DNA of 64,000 nt from Candidatus Moraniibacteriota bacterium (GCA_017983435.1 JAGOBM010000004.1:3818-67817), one strand, 5' to 3'; positions 1-10,176 are shown, numbered from the stretch's first letter. Numbers and translations: made by a program. The notes: generated by a model from the sequence alone, not told the origin.

Positions 1-1771
1 CAGACATCTGCAGATTTTTCTTTTTGAGCCAGCGGCTATGCTCTGGCCGGTAGAGATTGCGTCCGCGGTGCGAGAGGACGGCATAGTCGAAGCGCTGCTG
101 CGCAGCAGCCTCATATTCCATCGATAGACAGTGGCCCTTGAAGAATTCGCAGACGCCGTAGTAGTCGCTCCAGATGAGCAAGTGCTCTGCATTGGGCAGG
201 CTGTTGAGATATTGGGCAGCTTCGTAGCCTCCGTAGCCCCAGGAGTGATGGACGATCTCTTGTTTCGGCAGGAGGAGATTCGTATAGTTGAATGCGAATG
301 GCAGGGCCATGATGAGACTGCCGAGCGAGGCGATAGCGATGACTGCTCTGAGCTCGCGATTTCTCTGCCTGAGCAACTGGGAGAGAGGCGCGATAGCGGA
401 AGCGGCGAGAATAGCGATGATGGGATAGAGCAGGATGAGGTAGCGGGCGGTGGCGAGCACTTCGGAGAACAGTATTGCGATCAGGAAAAAGAATACGAAC
501 ATGAGCAGAGCGAAATTCTCGAAGCGAAGGCTCGATGCAAAGAGCTTCGGAAAGCGATCCTTGAGGAGAGAAGCAGCAAGATGCCAGCCGAAGAGGAGCA
601 GTACGATCGGCGGAATGGAGAATATGAGGGGGTTGAGTTCGAGCAGAGAGGCTTCGGCGAGGTTGGGCGCATAGGATTTGTCGAGCTTGTCACTGCTATA
701 GAGATCCTTGAGATCGAAAGGTATTTTTTCGAAGAGGGACCATTCGGGGAAGAATATCCGGCCGGCGATGAGTGCTATACCGGCGATCAGGAATAAGAGT
801 GAGACGGACCGTTCGATATGGGAAAGAGCGCTGATTTTTTTGACGAAAGCTGAAAGCATGGTCATGAATCGAGGCTGCCAGAGAACGATCACTCCGATGG
901 CAACGAAAGAGAGAAGCATCGGAAAGATCGGAAATCCGGCTTCGCCTCCGGCGAGGAGGTCGGCGAGCAAAGATGGCTTGAGCCAGATAGCCGGCAGGAA
1001 GAGAGCGATGACGAGCGTGCTGATACCGAGAATCGAAAAGAAAAAGAGCATGTTTCGACGGAGTATCAATCTGAGATTCTCGGGAGAAGTATCTCTCTGG
1101 AAGAGGATGTCGGTACCGATGAGAAAGATGAAGAAAGGCAAGAGGAAGCTTGCGGTATATTTCGAGAGTATGGCCATGCCGAGCAGGATGCCGGAGAGCA
1201 CGACGAATTTCCGTTCGTGTAGCTTGAGGAGTGCGAGGAAAGACAGGAGTGCCGCAGTGCCGAATGACCAGAGGAGTGCATCGGGGTTGATGATCTGGGT
1301 CATGCCGACGAGAATCGGCGAAAAAGCGATGAGCAGAGCGGCTGCGATGGCGGTATCGCGTCCGTAGAGCCGGGCCAGCAGCCAGGCGATGAGTATGAGG
1401 AGCAACGCATTGGCTACCAGGATCGGAATCCGGAAGGCGAGCAACGTCGCTGTCGCTCGTCCGCTGTCGCAGGTCGAAATCTGGAATTCGTCTTCGGAAC
1501 AGAGAGAAGCTGGATCGGGCTCGAAGAGAAGCCCGGTGCCGGAGAGGAGAGCGATTGAGACTCCGGGTTTGTCATTGATCGCGGTCTTTTTCCATTCGCC
1601 GGATTCCCATGCCTGCCAGTAGGCAGGGATGCGCTCGTAGATCCAATAGTGCTCATCAGCCGTGATGAATCGGCCGAGATGTTGCGCGCCGAAAAAGAGA
1701 TAGGCAGCGACGATGAGGCCGATCGGGAGGGAGAGGGGATATTTTCGGAACAAGGAAGCGATCAAGTGCAT
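1..1771 (-). CDS. GT-C fold polytopic membrane glycosyltransferase (PMT/ArnT-like, GT39/GT83-type); 3' end beyond window; paralog of 1778-4063 lacking the N-terminal ~170 aa
   Basis: Minus-strand frame is open from ATG at 1771 to the window edge, so it is missed by the ORF track (no in-window stop). Translation MHLIASLFRKYPLSL...DEHYWIYERIPAYW...SFLLPFFIFLIG...GYGGYEAAQYLNSLPNAEHLLIWSDYYGVCEFF is colinear with the 761-aa neighbor (compare GSGSYEAAQYLNSLPNAESMLVWTDKDGVCKFF). Nucleotide similarity is visible between 120-220 and 2030-2130. Forward ORFs 131-796 and 708-1367 are acidic antisense artefacts. Confidence 0.75.
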   Translation of the reverse strand, partial: MHLIASLFRKYPLSLPIGLIVAAYLFFGAQHLGRFITADEHYWIYERIPAYWQAWESGEWKKTAINDKPGVSIALLSGTGLLFEPDPASLCSEDEFQISTCDSGRATATLLAFRIPILVANALLLILIAWLLARLYGRDTAIAAALLIAFSPILVGMTQIINPDALLWSFGTAALLSFLALLKLHERKFVVLSGILLGMAILSKYTASFLLPFFIFLIGTDILFQRDTSPENLRLILRRNMLFFFSILGISTLVIALFLPAIWLKPSLLADLLAGGEAGFPIFPMLLSFVAIGVIVLWQPRFMTMLSAFVKKISALSHIERSVSLLFLIAGIALIAGRIFFPEWSLFEKIPFDLKDLYSSDKLDKSYAPNLAEASLLELNPLIFSIPPIVLLLFGWHLAASLLKDRFPKLFASSLRFENFALLMFVFFFLIAILFSEVLATARYLILLYPIIAILAASAIAPLSQLLRQRNRELRAVIAIASLGSLIMALPFAFNYTNLLLPKQEIVHHSWGYGGYEAAQYLNSLPNAEHLLIWSDYYGVCEFFKGHCLSMEYEAAAQQRFDYAVLSHRGRNLYRPEHSRWLKKKNLQMS

Positions 1772-1777
1772 AACCCG

Positions 1778-4063
1778 TTATTCCGAGAACGGATAGACGC
1801 GCACATACTGCGATGGCCGGTCATTGATATTGAGTTCCCAGGCCGGATCTGGCTGCGTGTAGTATTGGTCGAAACGGATGAGTCCAGGTTTCTGGCTGAG
1901 AATCTCGCCAGCCATCATCTTGGCGGTCCGGTTCTTGCGGTCAGATGAGACGACGATATAATCGAGCCCGTCGCGGCGGAGTGCCTCGTAGTTACGACCG
2001 CGCTTGCAGCGTCCGATGAAGAATTTGCAGACACCGTCCTTGTCGGTCCAGACGAGCATACTCTCCGCATTAGGGAGGGAATTGAGATACTGGGCGGCCT
2101 CATAGCTGCCAGACCCCATGTCTTTCACATTGGTATGCTGGTCGTTCGGAAGGAGCGAAGAGGCATAGGAGAGAGGAAATGGTGTCGTGGCGAGCGTCGC
2201 GGTACCGAGAGCGAGAATGAGGATCGCTACGGGGATTTCTGGAATCCGACGAAGGAACGCGAAGCGGGCGCCGAGCGTCTCCAGGAGCCAGGCGAGGGTG
2301 ATGCCGGCGATGATGGCTGCGATCGGGAAGAGAATGATCTGATAGCGGACGATCATGGCGACGTTGTTGACCGTGGCGCCGAGATAGTAGAGGAGGATGA
2401 AGGCAATCAGATAGAGAGCGGCGCGACCGGCAGTACTTTCGAGGAAAGTTTTCTTAAACAGCGCCAAGGGGATGCTGAGGACCAGGAGGAGCGAAAGCGG
2501 CAGGATACCGAAGATAAGCGGATAGAAATTGGTGAGGAAAATGCCGATGAAGTCGCTCCTGGTGGCGATGGTTTTCGGTGATGATAGGAGTTCGGAGAAG
2601 TCGTACGGGACCAGGCTGTTCCAGGAGATGACGAGCGTAGCGATGATGCTCGCGCCGAAGAGACTGCCGAGAAGAATTACGAACGGCCGTTTGACGCGAT
2701 CGAACGTGTCGATGACCGCGCTGATGATGCGTGCCCGATTGCCGATCTGGTCCACCAGGATAAAAGCGATGAGGATAAGGAAGAGCGGCGCGACTTTTTC
2801 GAAGGCCTGGCTGTAGATGGTCGAAGTCAGGAGTTTCTCTGGTTTGATCCAGACAGCCGGGAAGAGGACATAGAATGTCGCAAGCGCAGCGTAGGTGAGG
2901 ATGCCGAGCTCTATCAGGGATTGCTTGAGGAAAGTTCCGAAGCGCTGGTGTTCTGGGCGGTGGTAGAGGAATTCGAGAAAGATGAGGCCGATAAAGAAGA
3001 CGAAGAGGATATTGGCCACGTATTTGGTCAGGAGAGCGAGACCGAGAAAGATGCCGGAGAGGATGAGATAGCGAGCGAAGCGTTTCTCAAGGAAGATGAA
3101 ATAAGAGAGAAGTGAGAGCGGTGCGAAGAGCCAGAGGAGTGAGTCAGGATTGATGATCTTTGACATGCCGATGAGAATCGGCGAAGTAGCGATGAACGCG
3201 TAGGAGAACAAGGCAGTCTTCCGTCCGAGGAGGCGCTCAAGGAAGAAGTAGAAGAGCGGAAGGAGCAGGGTGATAACGATGAGTTCCGGGAGCCGGAAGG
3301 CGAGAAAGAAGCTCTCGATGCTGTCCTGGTTGCGAGTATAGGCCTCTCCCTCGTATTTGGTCGTCTTGTAGGCTTTCGGATCCTTGAACCAGAGTCCCGG
3401 TCCGGTGGACAGCGCGACGGTGATGCCGGGCTTATCGCTGATGCTCGTGCCTTTCCAATCGCGCTCCTCGATATTGTGCCAGTATTTTCCGATGCGCCCG
3501 TTGTACCAGAGCGGCTCATCAACGGCAGCGAACTTGGTGAGGTTGATCATGGCGAAACTGAAGAAGATGAATGTCCCCACGAAGACAGAGAGGAGAGCGA
3601 ATGACCCTTGGCGACGGAACCACTCGCGAGCGGTCAGGCTATCGGAGTGCCGCTGGCTCGAGCTTCGCAGGTGCGAGAGTGCGATTGAGGAGACGAAGAG
3701 TCCGGCGAGCATCATATAGCCGCTCTGCGCGATCTGGAAAACGTAGTGGAAATTCCTGGATTCGATGATGCCATAGGTCAGTACGAACCAGGCGGGGAAG
3801 GTAGCGAGGAGACCTTTCTTGAGCCAGGATCGCCACGCAGTCGGTCGGTGGTAGTAGAAGAGTATGCCGGTGAGAGTAATACCGAAAAAAGCGAATCCGG
3901 CGTAGAAAGGAGTATTGCTTTCGGCGAAGCGGAGGAAAATAAGAGAATCGGTCTGGCGGGCGATGAAAAAAAGCGTATTGATAGCAAGAAGAATGCTGAT
4001 AGCTGAGAGGAAGCGGTTTTCGACAGTGGTCAGAACGTGCTCTAAGGGTTTCCCGAGTGTCAT
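1778..4063 (-). CDS. GT-C fold polytopic membrane glycosyltransferase (dolichyl-phosphate-mannose protein mannosyltransferase / ArnT-like), 761 aa
   Basis: Long ORF with more than 12 predicted TM helices. The N-terminal loop (DEPLWYNGRIGKYW) and the hydrophobic core are typical of PMT_2/ArnT family. Has a C-terminal soluble domain. Paralogous to three neighbors. Confidence 0.7.
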   Translation of the reverse strand: MTLGKPLEHVLTTVENRFLSAISILLAINTLFFIARQTDSLIFLRFAESNTPFYAGFAFFGITLTGILFYYHRPTAWRSWLKKGLLATFPAWFVLTYGIIESRNFHYVFQIAQSGYMMLAGLFVSSIALSHLRSSSQRHSDSLTAREWFRRQGSFALLSVFVGTFIFFSFAMINLTKFAAVDEPLWYNGRIGKYWHNIEERDWKGTSISDKPGITVALSTGPGLWFKDPKAYKTTKYEGEAYTRNQDSIESFFLAFRLPELIVITLLLPLFYFFLERLLGRKTALFSYAFIATSPILIGMSKIINPDSLLWLFAPLSLLSYFIFLEKRFARYLILSGIFLGLALLTKYVANILFVFFIGLIFLEFLYHRPEHQRFGTFLKQSLIELGILTYAALATFYVLFPAVWIKPEKLLTSTIYSQAFEKVAPLFLILIAFILVDQIGNRARIISAVIDTFDRVKRPFVILLGSLFGASIIATLVISWNSLVPYDFSELLSSPKTIATRSDFIGIFLTNFYPLIFGILPLSLLLVLSIPLALFKKTFLESTAGRAALYLIAFILLYYLGATVNNVAMIVRYQIILFPIAAIIAGITLAWLLETLGARFAFLRRIPEIPVAILILALGTATLATTPFPLSYASSLLPNDQHTNVKDMGSGSYEAAQYLNSLPNAESMLVWTDKDGVCKFFIGRCKRGRNYEALRRDGLDYIVVSSDRKNRTAKMMAGEILSQKPGLIRFDQYYTQPDPAWELNINDRPSQYVRVYPFSE

Positions 4064-4065
4064 AG

Positions 4066-5952
4066 ATGTTGTACCATTGGGTTAGACCAAGCTCCGGGTT
4101 GCGGAGCTGGTTCCGACCCCATAATAGCGCAAAACCTATGGATATTAAAGGCGATCACGGGCAATGGCGGACGGCCATTGTTTTTGCGATGCTACTGGTC
4201 CTGTGTGCTGGTTTCTTCCTCCGGAGCTATCATTTCTCCGATTGGCTGCATTTCGAGCTTGATCAGGCTCGGGATGCCCGGGTTATCGATGCGGCTATCG
4301 ACGGTTCGGCAGCAGACTTGCCGCTCCTCGGTCCCAAGGCGGGAGGGACTTTTCTCCGTCTCGGGCCATTTTTCTATTATTTCCAGTATGCGACCGGACT
4401 GGTATTCGGCGCGGATCCGGCTGGCTATGCGACCGGGGTCATGCTGCTCTCGGTAGCGACGCTCGCCGTCTTCTTTCTGCTCGTTCGACGCTTCTTCATC
4501 GATCGGATTGCGATTGGGCTCACAGCGATTATGGCGGTGTCGCTGTTTTTCGTCATGTATGGCCGCTTCGCTTGGAATCCGAATCCATTACCATTCTTTG
4601 TCCTGTCGGGACTCTATGCACTCTTGCGGTCTGTCGATACGCATGAAGAGCAGAGAGGATGGTGGTTTGCAGGAGCCGTAGCGATGTTTGGTATCGCATC
4701 GCAGCTGCATTTCCTCGCGTTTCTTGCGTTGCCGGCAATACTCGGTGTGTTTCTCATCTTGCGACGACCGCGTTATCCGTGGAAGGCATGGATCGGAGCG
4801 ATCGCGATGGTCGGGCTTCTTTATCTCCCAGTTATCCTGAATGAAATAGAGACTAGAGGGCAGAATTCACAAGAATTCATGGCGGCGATTACGGAAAAAT
4901 CGACCAAAGAGGAACACATGTTGGCTGAGAAATTCCTGCGTGATGTGAGCGAACATGGCTTGGCAGCGCTCGTCATAACGACCGGTTTTGAGGGAGGAAT
5001 GTTTCCGTCGTTGCGCATCGAGAATGGCGGTATCGGCAGCTATTGCTTCGGTCGCTGCGATGAAGGGAAATGGTACGGATTGGCAGCTGTGCTCGTGCTC
5101 GGTATGTCGATTCTGGCTTTTTTCTGGCTCTGGTGGCGAGAGCGCGAACGGATCAAAGCGGATTTCCTGCTGCTTATGGGCATCTGGTTTGTGGTTACTT
5201 TTATCTTGTTTCTGCCTTTGTCATATGGCATCGCTCCAAGATTCTTTCTCCTTTCCGGGCCGCTCTTTCTGATTTTCCTCGGGGCGCTCTGCGTCATGAT
5301 CGAGCGGATACTGCACCGTCATCATATCGGAAAGATCATTGCTATGTCGGCGGTAGTCCTTCTCGTAGGGTCGAATCTTTTCTTCGTGTCGAAGCGTTTC
5401 GATGAGCTCTCGCGTGCGGGCAGTGAGGCAATAGTGAGCGAGCCGGATCGGGTACTCAAGGAGCGCATCCGAGTGACGCTGGAGCAGCAGACAGGGATCA
5501 TTGATCTTCTAGAGTCTCGCTCAAAGGAACATGGATATCCGGTGTATATGTTCAGCGAGCCGCAGCATCGCCGGGCGCTCAAGTATCTGCTTGAACAAAG
5601 AGGAATTGAGAATGCCGTGCTCGGGTTTGACGGAGTGTATCGTCAGGGTGTGTACTATCTGATTCTGCGATCCCAATCCGATCACGAGGATGCGCTGAAG
5701 AAATATCGCGAGAGCTATATCGTCGGCAAGAAAACAGAATTCGGGACGCTGGTCGCCTTCGAACTTACTCCGAAGCCGGAGGCGATTATCGGAGAGCGGC
5801 AGGATTTCAGCATCAAAAAACCTTCAGATTCTCAGGCGCCGCCGCGCTATACCTGGCGTGAGTGGTTCGGTCGGAACCAGGCGGCATCGGTGGATAGCGA
5901 TACGGAAGACACACTCGACGGACCAGAGGATGTGACTGATGAAAGCAATTAA
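4066..5952 (+). CDS. GT-C fold membrane glycosyltransferase (ArnT/PMT-like); probable true start at Met25 (4138)
   Basis: Polytopic membrane ORF with an ArnT-like N-terminus (DQARDARVIDAAIDGSAADLPLLGPKAGGTF). Divergent from the 1778-4063 gene. The internal Met at 4138 leaves a ~75-bp intergenic spacer. Confidence 0.7.
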   Translation: MLYHWVRPSSGLRSWFRPHNSAKPMDIKGDHGQWRTAIVFAMLLVLCAGFFLRSYHFSDWLHFELDQARDARVIDAAIDGSAADLPLLGPKAGGTFLRLGPFFYYFQYATGLVFGADPAGYATGVMLLSVATLAVFFLLVRRFFIDRIAIGLTAIMAVSLFFVMYGRFAWNPNPLPFFVLSGLYALLRSVDTHEEQRGWWFAGAVAMFGIASQLHFLAFLALPAILGVFLILRRPRYPWKAWIGAIAMVGLLYLPVILNEIETRGQNSQEFMAAITEKSTKEEHMLAEKFLRDVSEHGLAALVITTGFEGGMFPSLRIENGGIGSYCFGRCDEGKWYGLAAVLVLGMSILAFFWLWWRERERIKADFLLLMGIWFVVTFILFLPLSYGIAPRFFLLSGPLFLIFLGALCVMIERILHRHHIGKIIAMSAVVLLVGSNLFFVSKRFDELSRAGSEAIVSEPDRVLKERIRVTLEQQTGIIDLLESRSKEHGYPVYMFSEPQHRRALKYLLEQRGIENAVLGFDGVYRQGVYYLILRSQSDHEDALKKYRESYIVGKKTEFGTLVAFELTPKPEAIIGERQDFSIKKPSDSQAPPRYTWREWFGRNQAASVDSDTEDTLDGPEDVTDESN

Positions 5953-5966
5953 AGATTGATAAATCT

Positions 5967-7502
5967 ATGCGTATGGAACTGAGCTGGAAGAAAACATGGT
6001 CTGTTTTGGGCCTTATCCTCGTGCTTGGATTCGGCGCGCGCGCCTATGGTCTCGGGAACAATTCCTTCGTCGCGGATGAGTTTCTCGATATGAATTCCGC
6101 CTACGGGTATTTCCAGACCGGAGAATGGAAAGCCTGGGATTTCAATCACGGGGCGCCGAGCCAAGTGAATGCAAACGATGCACGTGATGAACGGGCGAAT
6201 ATCTACAAGTGGCAAGTGGCGCAGCTGTTCCATATCCTGCCGCCGACCGAGGCGACCGCGCGAATAGTGAGCGTCTTCTGGGGTCTCGTCTCGATGCTGG
6301 TCGTTTTCTGGAGCACACTCGTGTTTACGCGGCGCAAGGAGATAGCGCTCCTGGCGACACTCTTGTTCGCCGTATCGGTGGCTGGCATCATCTTCGATCG
6401 GCGATTGCGCATGTATGCCATGTTTACCCCGGTCTATCTTGCGTTGGCGACAGTCATCTATCAGAGCTTCGAAGATCAGGCGCGGATGCGCTGGTGTGGG
6501 TGGCTGCAGGCGCGGATCGGCGTGCATCCGCGATACGCGCTGCTGTCGGCCGTGCTCTTGGTTATCGGTCTTTCGACGCATCAGCTCTCGGCGATGGTCG
6601 TCTTTTCGGTCGCAGCCTATCTGATCGTCATGGGTATACGTGAGTATCGAGCGAGCGGTGTCTGGAAAAACCGCTACAGCGGATGGCTTGCGTTTGGTAT
6701 CGCCGGAGTGGCAGCGCTCGGTATGGTGGCCCCGCAGTTCCTGACCTCATTCACGTCGGGACTCATGTGGTTCGACGATCATTATAGTTATGTCGGGTAC
6801 GTGATGGAGGACTATGCACATCCGCTCTTGGCAGTGTTTCTCATGGGTTTTGGCGCGTATGTCATCGCTCTGCGTGAGCGGCAGACCAAGGCGGCCTGGT
6901 ATCTCACGCTCTCATTCCTCATCCCGCTCGCTTTTGCTATCTGGTTCTTCCGTCGCAATGCTGGTCCGCAGTATATCTTTTTCGCGCAGTCATTCGGACT
7001 GATTCTCTCAGCAGCCGGTGTCTATGGACTGTGGGAGATTCTCAAGGAGCGTTTCTCGGGCTGGGGGCGGCATACGGCGCTTATCGTACTCATCGGTCTC
7101 GTGCTCCTCGTGCCGAATTTCGGTTATTTTCTTGAGGAAAACAATACGTATCATGAGACGTCCTCGGGAGGCAATCCGAACTATCGCAAAGTCTTCGAGT
7201 ATTTCCGCAAGAACCAACTGCCGACTGATGTGCTGGTGACGCGCAATTTCCGCAATTATTACTGGAGCGGTACCGATGTGACGGTCTATGATCTCGGTGA
7301 TGAGATCCATCGAGGGAAGCTCTCGCGTGAGGCGCTCTCGGCTATCGTCCTGCGGCATCCGAGCGGCTGGGTGGTGCTCTCTGATAATGACTATGATTAC
7401 TTTTCCAATGAGGCTGAAGAGCTCATGAAGCGGGATATGGAACGGGTGAGTAATCCGTCAGTCCGTGGACCGATCGAGGTCTATCGCTGGGGGCACAAAT
7501 AG
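5967..7502 (+). CDS. GT-C fold membrane glycosyltransferase (ArnT/PMT-like), 511 aa
   Basis: Polytopic membrane ORF. N-terminal motif GLGNNSFVADEFLDMNSAYGY resembles the ArnT/PMT first-loop acidic motif. Fourth paralog of the array. Confidence 0.65.
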   Translation: MRMELSWKKTWSVLGLILVLGFGARAYGLGNNSFVADEFLDMNSAYGYFQTGEWKAWDFNHGAPSQVNANDARDERANIYKWQVAQLFHILPPTEATARIVSVFWGLVSMLVVFWSTLVFTRRKEIALLATLLFAVSVAGIIFDRRLRMYAMFTPVYLALATVIYQSFEDQARMRWCGWLQARIGVHPRYALLSAVLLVIGLSTHQLSAMVVFSVAAYLIVMGIREYRASGVWKNRYSGWLAFGIAGVAALGMVAPQFLTSFTSGLMWFDDHYSYVGYVMEDYAHPLLAVFLMGFGAYVIALRERQTKAAWYLTLSFLIPLAFAIWFFRRNAGPQYIFFAQSFGLILSAAGVYGLWEILKERFSGWGRHTALIVLIGLVLLVPNFGYFLEENNTYHETSSGGNPNYRKVFEYFRKNQLPTDVLVTRNFRNYYWSGTDVTVYDLGDEIHRGKLSREALSAIVLRHPSGWVVLSDNDYDYFSNEAEELMKRDMERVSNPSVRGPIEVYRWGHK

Positions 7503-7525
7503 GGATGGAAGACGTACAAAGAAAA

Positions 7526-7561
7526 GCCCGGCCTGCGTGGTGACGCGTGCCGGGTTTTTTT
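7526..7561. terminator. bidirectional intrinsic terminator between convergent genes
   Basis: GC hairpin CCCGGC...GCCGGG followed by a T7 run on the plus strand and a T-rich tract on the minus strand. Confidence 0.6.
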
Positions 7562-7573
7562 GCAATGGTTCCG

Positions 7574-8167
7574 TCAGTTGACGAAATGGCCATTGATGAT
7601 GTGGTAATACAGGCCACGTATCTGCTCCGCGGTGAGTATCTCCAGCTGTTCGATCGCCAGGATGGCGAGTGGGTCGTTCTCTATCGCTTTGCAGAGATGT
7701 TCCTGGTAGCGATAGGCGATCCATTCTTCAGGCGAGAGATCAAACAGTTTGATGATCGCGGTCTCGAACATGTGAAAGTTCCTGAGGAATGCCCGGATAT
7801 CATCGACCGCACTCTCACGGAGACTCACGCACTGGTAGGCGATGGGGATGAGCGGATGCTCGGCGACGAAAGCGCGATAAGGCGCCTTGTCTTCAGGAAT
7901 CCAGCCGAAATGCCGGGTGATATCCCGTTCAGATCCTTCAAGCGGCATATAGGCTCCGGAAAATACCATATGCGCGTAGAAGTGCTTTTCTAGGCGGATA
8001 TCCTCGGGAGTCGAGGCAGTGATAGCTGCGGCTATGGATGATGCGGATATATCCGCTTCTTCTTTTTCCTCAGCAGGATTGAAAAATGGCATGAACCAGG
8101 TGAACCAGTTCCAAAATCCGAAGAGATTGTCGAACAACAGACTATCTGATCCGGCGGCCGTTTTCAT
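7574..8167 (-). CDS. hypothetical protein
   Basis: 197-aa ORF with coding-like composition and no recognisable motif. Confidence 0.45.
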   Translation of the reverse strand: MKTAAGSDSLLFDNLFGFWNWFTWFMPFFNPAEEKEEADISASSIAAAITASTPEDIRLEKHFYAHMVFSGAYMPLEGSERDITRHFGWIPEDKAPYRAFVAEHPLIPIAYQCVSLRESAVDDIRAFLRNFHMFETAIIKLFDLSPEEWIAYRYQEHLCKAIENDPLAILAIEQLEILTAEQIRGLYYHIINGHFVN

Positions 8168-8274
8168 GATGACCTCCTTCCTCTCGAAGAGAGAGATAGA
8201 ACGCGCGTAAAAGAACCCTGAGCGGAATTACCGCTTCACCGCTAGTATGCTCCGAAATATATTTTTTGCAAGAC

Positions 8275-9750
8275 CTATGGCATGCGCCGCTTGATCAGCT
8301 TGGCAAATGGGGCAAGATCCTCGTCGGTCAGCTCGCCGGCGAGGCGGAGCAGAGCAAAATAGATGGCTGCCAATGCAGCACCAGAAAGGAGGAAGCTCCA
8401 AGTGTCATGCGGTAAGAAGCGGGAGAGAAAGACGATGATCGCTGAGGTAGCGAGTGAGAGAGCAAAAGTGCGGAAGGCGATATGGACGGAGAAATGCCGC
8501 TGGGTGTAGATGAGGATACCGATGGTGATTGCGACCGCGGTAAGAGCGGCGGCCAGGGCGGCGCCTTCGATACCGAAGCGCGGGATGAGAATGAAATTGA
8601 GTAGGGCCATGGCGATGAATCCGAAGAAGGAAAGCTTCATCGGGACCCGGACGAGTCCGGCACCGTTGAGCGCGAAGGCGAGGACGTAGAAGACGGTGAG
8701 GAATCCGACGCCGACGGCGAAGATGCTCATGGCCTGCTCTGCGCCCGCGTAACGATTGCCATAGAAGAGATGGAGGATCGGCTCAGCGTAGATGACGAGC
8801 AGCGTGATCATCGGGAAAAGCAGGAGGATCATGAGCCGGAGCGCCTTGCGGACCAGACTGGTGGTTTCTTCAGTGTTACGCTCAGCGGTCGTCTTGGAGA
8901 TGGCCGGGAGCATGATCATGGCGAGCGCCGCAAAGAGATAGTAGGGGATGCGACCGACCGTGATGGCAGCATTGTAGAGTCCGGTCGCGTGGTCATCCTG
9001 GAGCAGGGCTTTGACGAAGTAGAGATCGATGGTGAGGAGGAGCTCGTAGAAGACGAGGAAGAGTGTCAGCGGTCCGGCGTAGGCGAGTATGGTTTTGGCG
9101 GGGAACTGGAAATCGTGGCTGGCATCTTGCTGGCCGATGCCGAGTCGTCGTTTCACATAGAGCTCATCGATGAGGATGGCAGCGGCAAACGTGAAGAGCG
9201 GGGCGAGCACGTAGCCGCCGACGGCGCCGTTGAGACCGAAGAAGATGGCTGCGAGAGCGATGAAGCCGACGCGGGCGATGGAGCGAATGATCTTGACGAT
9301 AGCCTGAAGCTTGAAGAGGTGTAGCCCGGTGAAATAGTGATGGTAGAAGGAAGCAGCAGCGAAAGCCGGGATGATGAGGGCGGAGAGCTGGAAGAGCGGA
9401 GTGAGGGATGCGTCTCGGAGGGCCCAGGCGATGGCTGGTGCGAGCAGGAAGAAGATGACCGTGATACCGCCGATGATGATGACTTGGAGTCGGGCGGCTT
9501 GGCGTTTGATAGCAGGGATATTCTTCGGGTTCTGCTCGAGGACTTCGCTCAGGTATTTGGCCATGGTGGTCGGGATGCCGTTGCCGATAAGGACGATGAC
9601 CATAGTGGTGAGCGTCACGACGAGCCCGTAGCGGCCATAATCAGCCGGACCCAATATGCGGCCAGCGACCGAGTGGACGACATAGGCGGCGATATTGAAG
9701 ACGATTTCGGAGGCGGTGAGCCAGAGAAGGGCGGACGAGAATTTTTTCAT
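8275..9750 (-). CDS. Wzx-type oligosaccharide/polysaccharide flippase (polysaccharide biosynthesis protein family, MOP superfamily)
   Basis: 491 aa with ~12-14 TM. N-terminus MKKFSSALLWLTASEIVFNIAAYVVHSVAGRILGPADYGRYGLVVTL is typical of Wzx/RfbX-like flippases. Confidence 0.7.
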   Translation of the reverse strand: MKKFSSALLWLTASEIVFNIAAYVVHSVAGRILGPADYGRYGLVVTLTTMVIVLIGNGIPTTMAKYLSEVLEQNPKNIPAIKRQAARLQVIIIGGITVIFFLLAPAIAWALRDASLTPLFQLSALIIPAFAAASFYHHYFTGLHLFKLQAIVKIIRSIARVGFIALAAIFFGLNGAVGGYVLAPLFTFAAAILIDELYVKRRLGIGQQDASHDFQFPAKTILAYAGPLTLFLVFYELLLTIDLYFVKALLQDDHATGLYNAAITVGRIPYYLFAALAMIMLPAISKTTAERNTEETTSLVRKALRLMILLLFPMITLLVIYAEPILHLFYGNRYAGAEQAMSIFAVGVGFLTVFYVLAFALNGAGLVRVPMKLSFFGFIAMALLNFILIPRFGIEGAALAAALTAVAITIGILIYTQRHFSVHIAFRTFALSLATSAIIVFLSRFLPHDTWSFLLSGAALAAIYFALLRLAGELTDEDLAPFAKLIKRRMP

Positions 9751-9782
9751 AACCGGGACAATATTTAGGGGTCTGTATTCCG

Positions 9783-9814
9783 CCCCTCCTTTCCAAGGAG
9801 GGGATAGGGGGAGG
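9783..9814. repeat. GC-rich hairpin-forming inverted repeat, left arm flanking DUF559 gene
   Basis: CCCCTCCTTTCCAAGGAGGGGATAGGGGGAGG. Its reverse complement closely matches the segment at 10177-10212. Confidence 0.6.
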
Positions 9815-9822
9815 TGGATTAG

Positions 9823-10167
9823 TTACCGCAGATGTTCTTGAATCTTTATTATAACCCCGTTCATATTTTCATTGATATCGTTATTCCAGAAGCGGCGCAC
9901 AGAGTAGCCAAAATTCTTGAAGTACTCTGTTCTCGCGGTATCATAAGTAGTGTTTTCTTTGTGTTGCCACCCGTCGATTTCGATAATCAGTTTTTTCTCG
10001 GAACAACAGAAGTCCGCAATATATGGACCTATAGCATGCTGTCTCCGAAATCTGTAGCCGAGCGCTTTTCTTCTGAGTCGCGACCAGAGGATAGTTTCTT
10101 GCGGAGTCTGGTTTTTTCGGAGTGTTTTTCTGAAATCTATCGTGGATGAATGATTGAAAGTGTACAT
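9823..10167 (-). CDS. DUF559 / Vsr-like endonuclease-domain protein
   Basis: 114 aa. C-terminal GYRFRRQHAIGPYIADFCCSEKKLIIEIDGWQHKE...DTARTEYFKNFGYSVRRFWNNDI is the characteristic DUF559 (restriction-endonuclease-like) signature. Confidence 0.75.
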   Translation of the reverse strand: MYTFNHSSTIDFRKTLRKNQTPQETILWSRLRRKALGYRFRRQHAIGPYIADFCCSEKKLIIEIDGWQHKENTTYDTARTEYFKNFGYSVRRFWNNDINENMNGVIIKIQEHLR

Positions 10168-10176
10168 AATTCTATA

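Noticed and set aside
131-1367. Forward ORFs 131-796 and 708-1367 (acidic E/D/R-rich, about 220 aa each)
   Set aside because: They are antisense to a clearly homologous GT-C membrane protein gene on the minus strand. Low-complexity acidic translations are typical of the reverse frame of hydrophobic genes.
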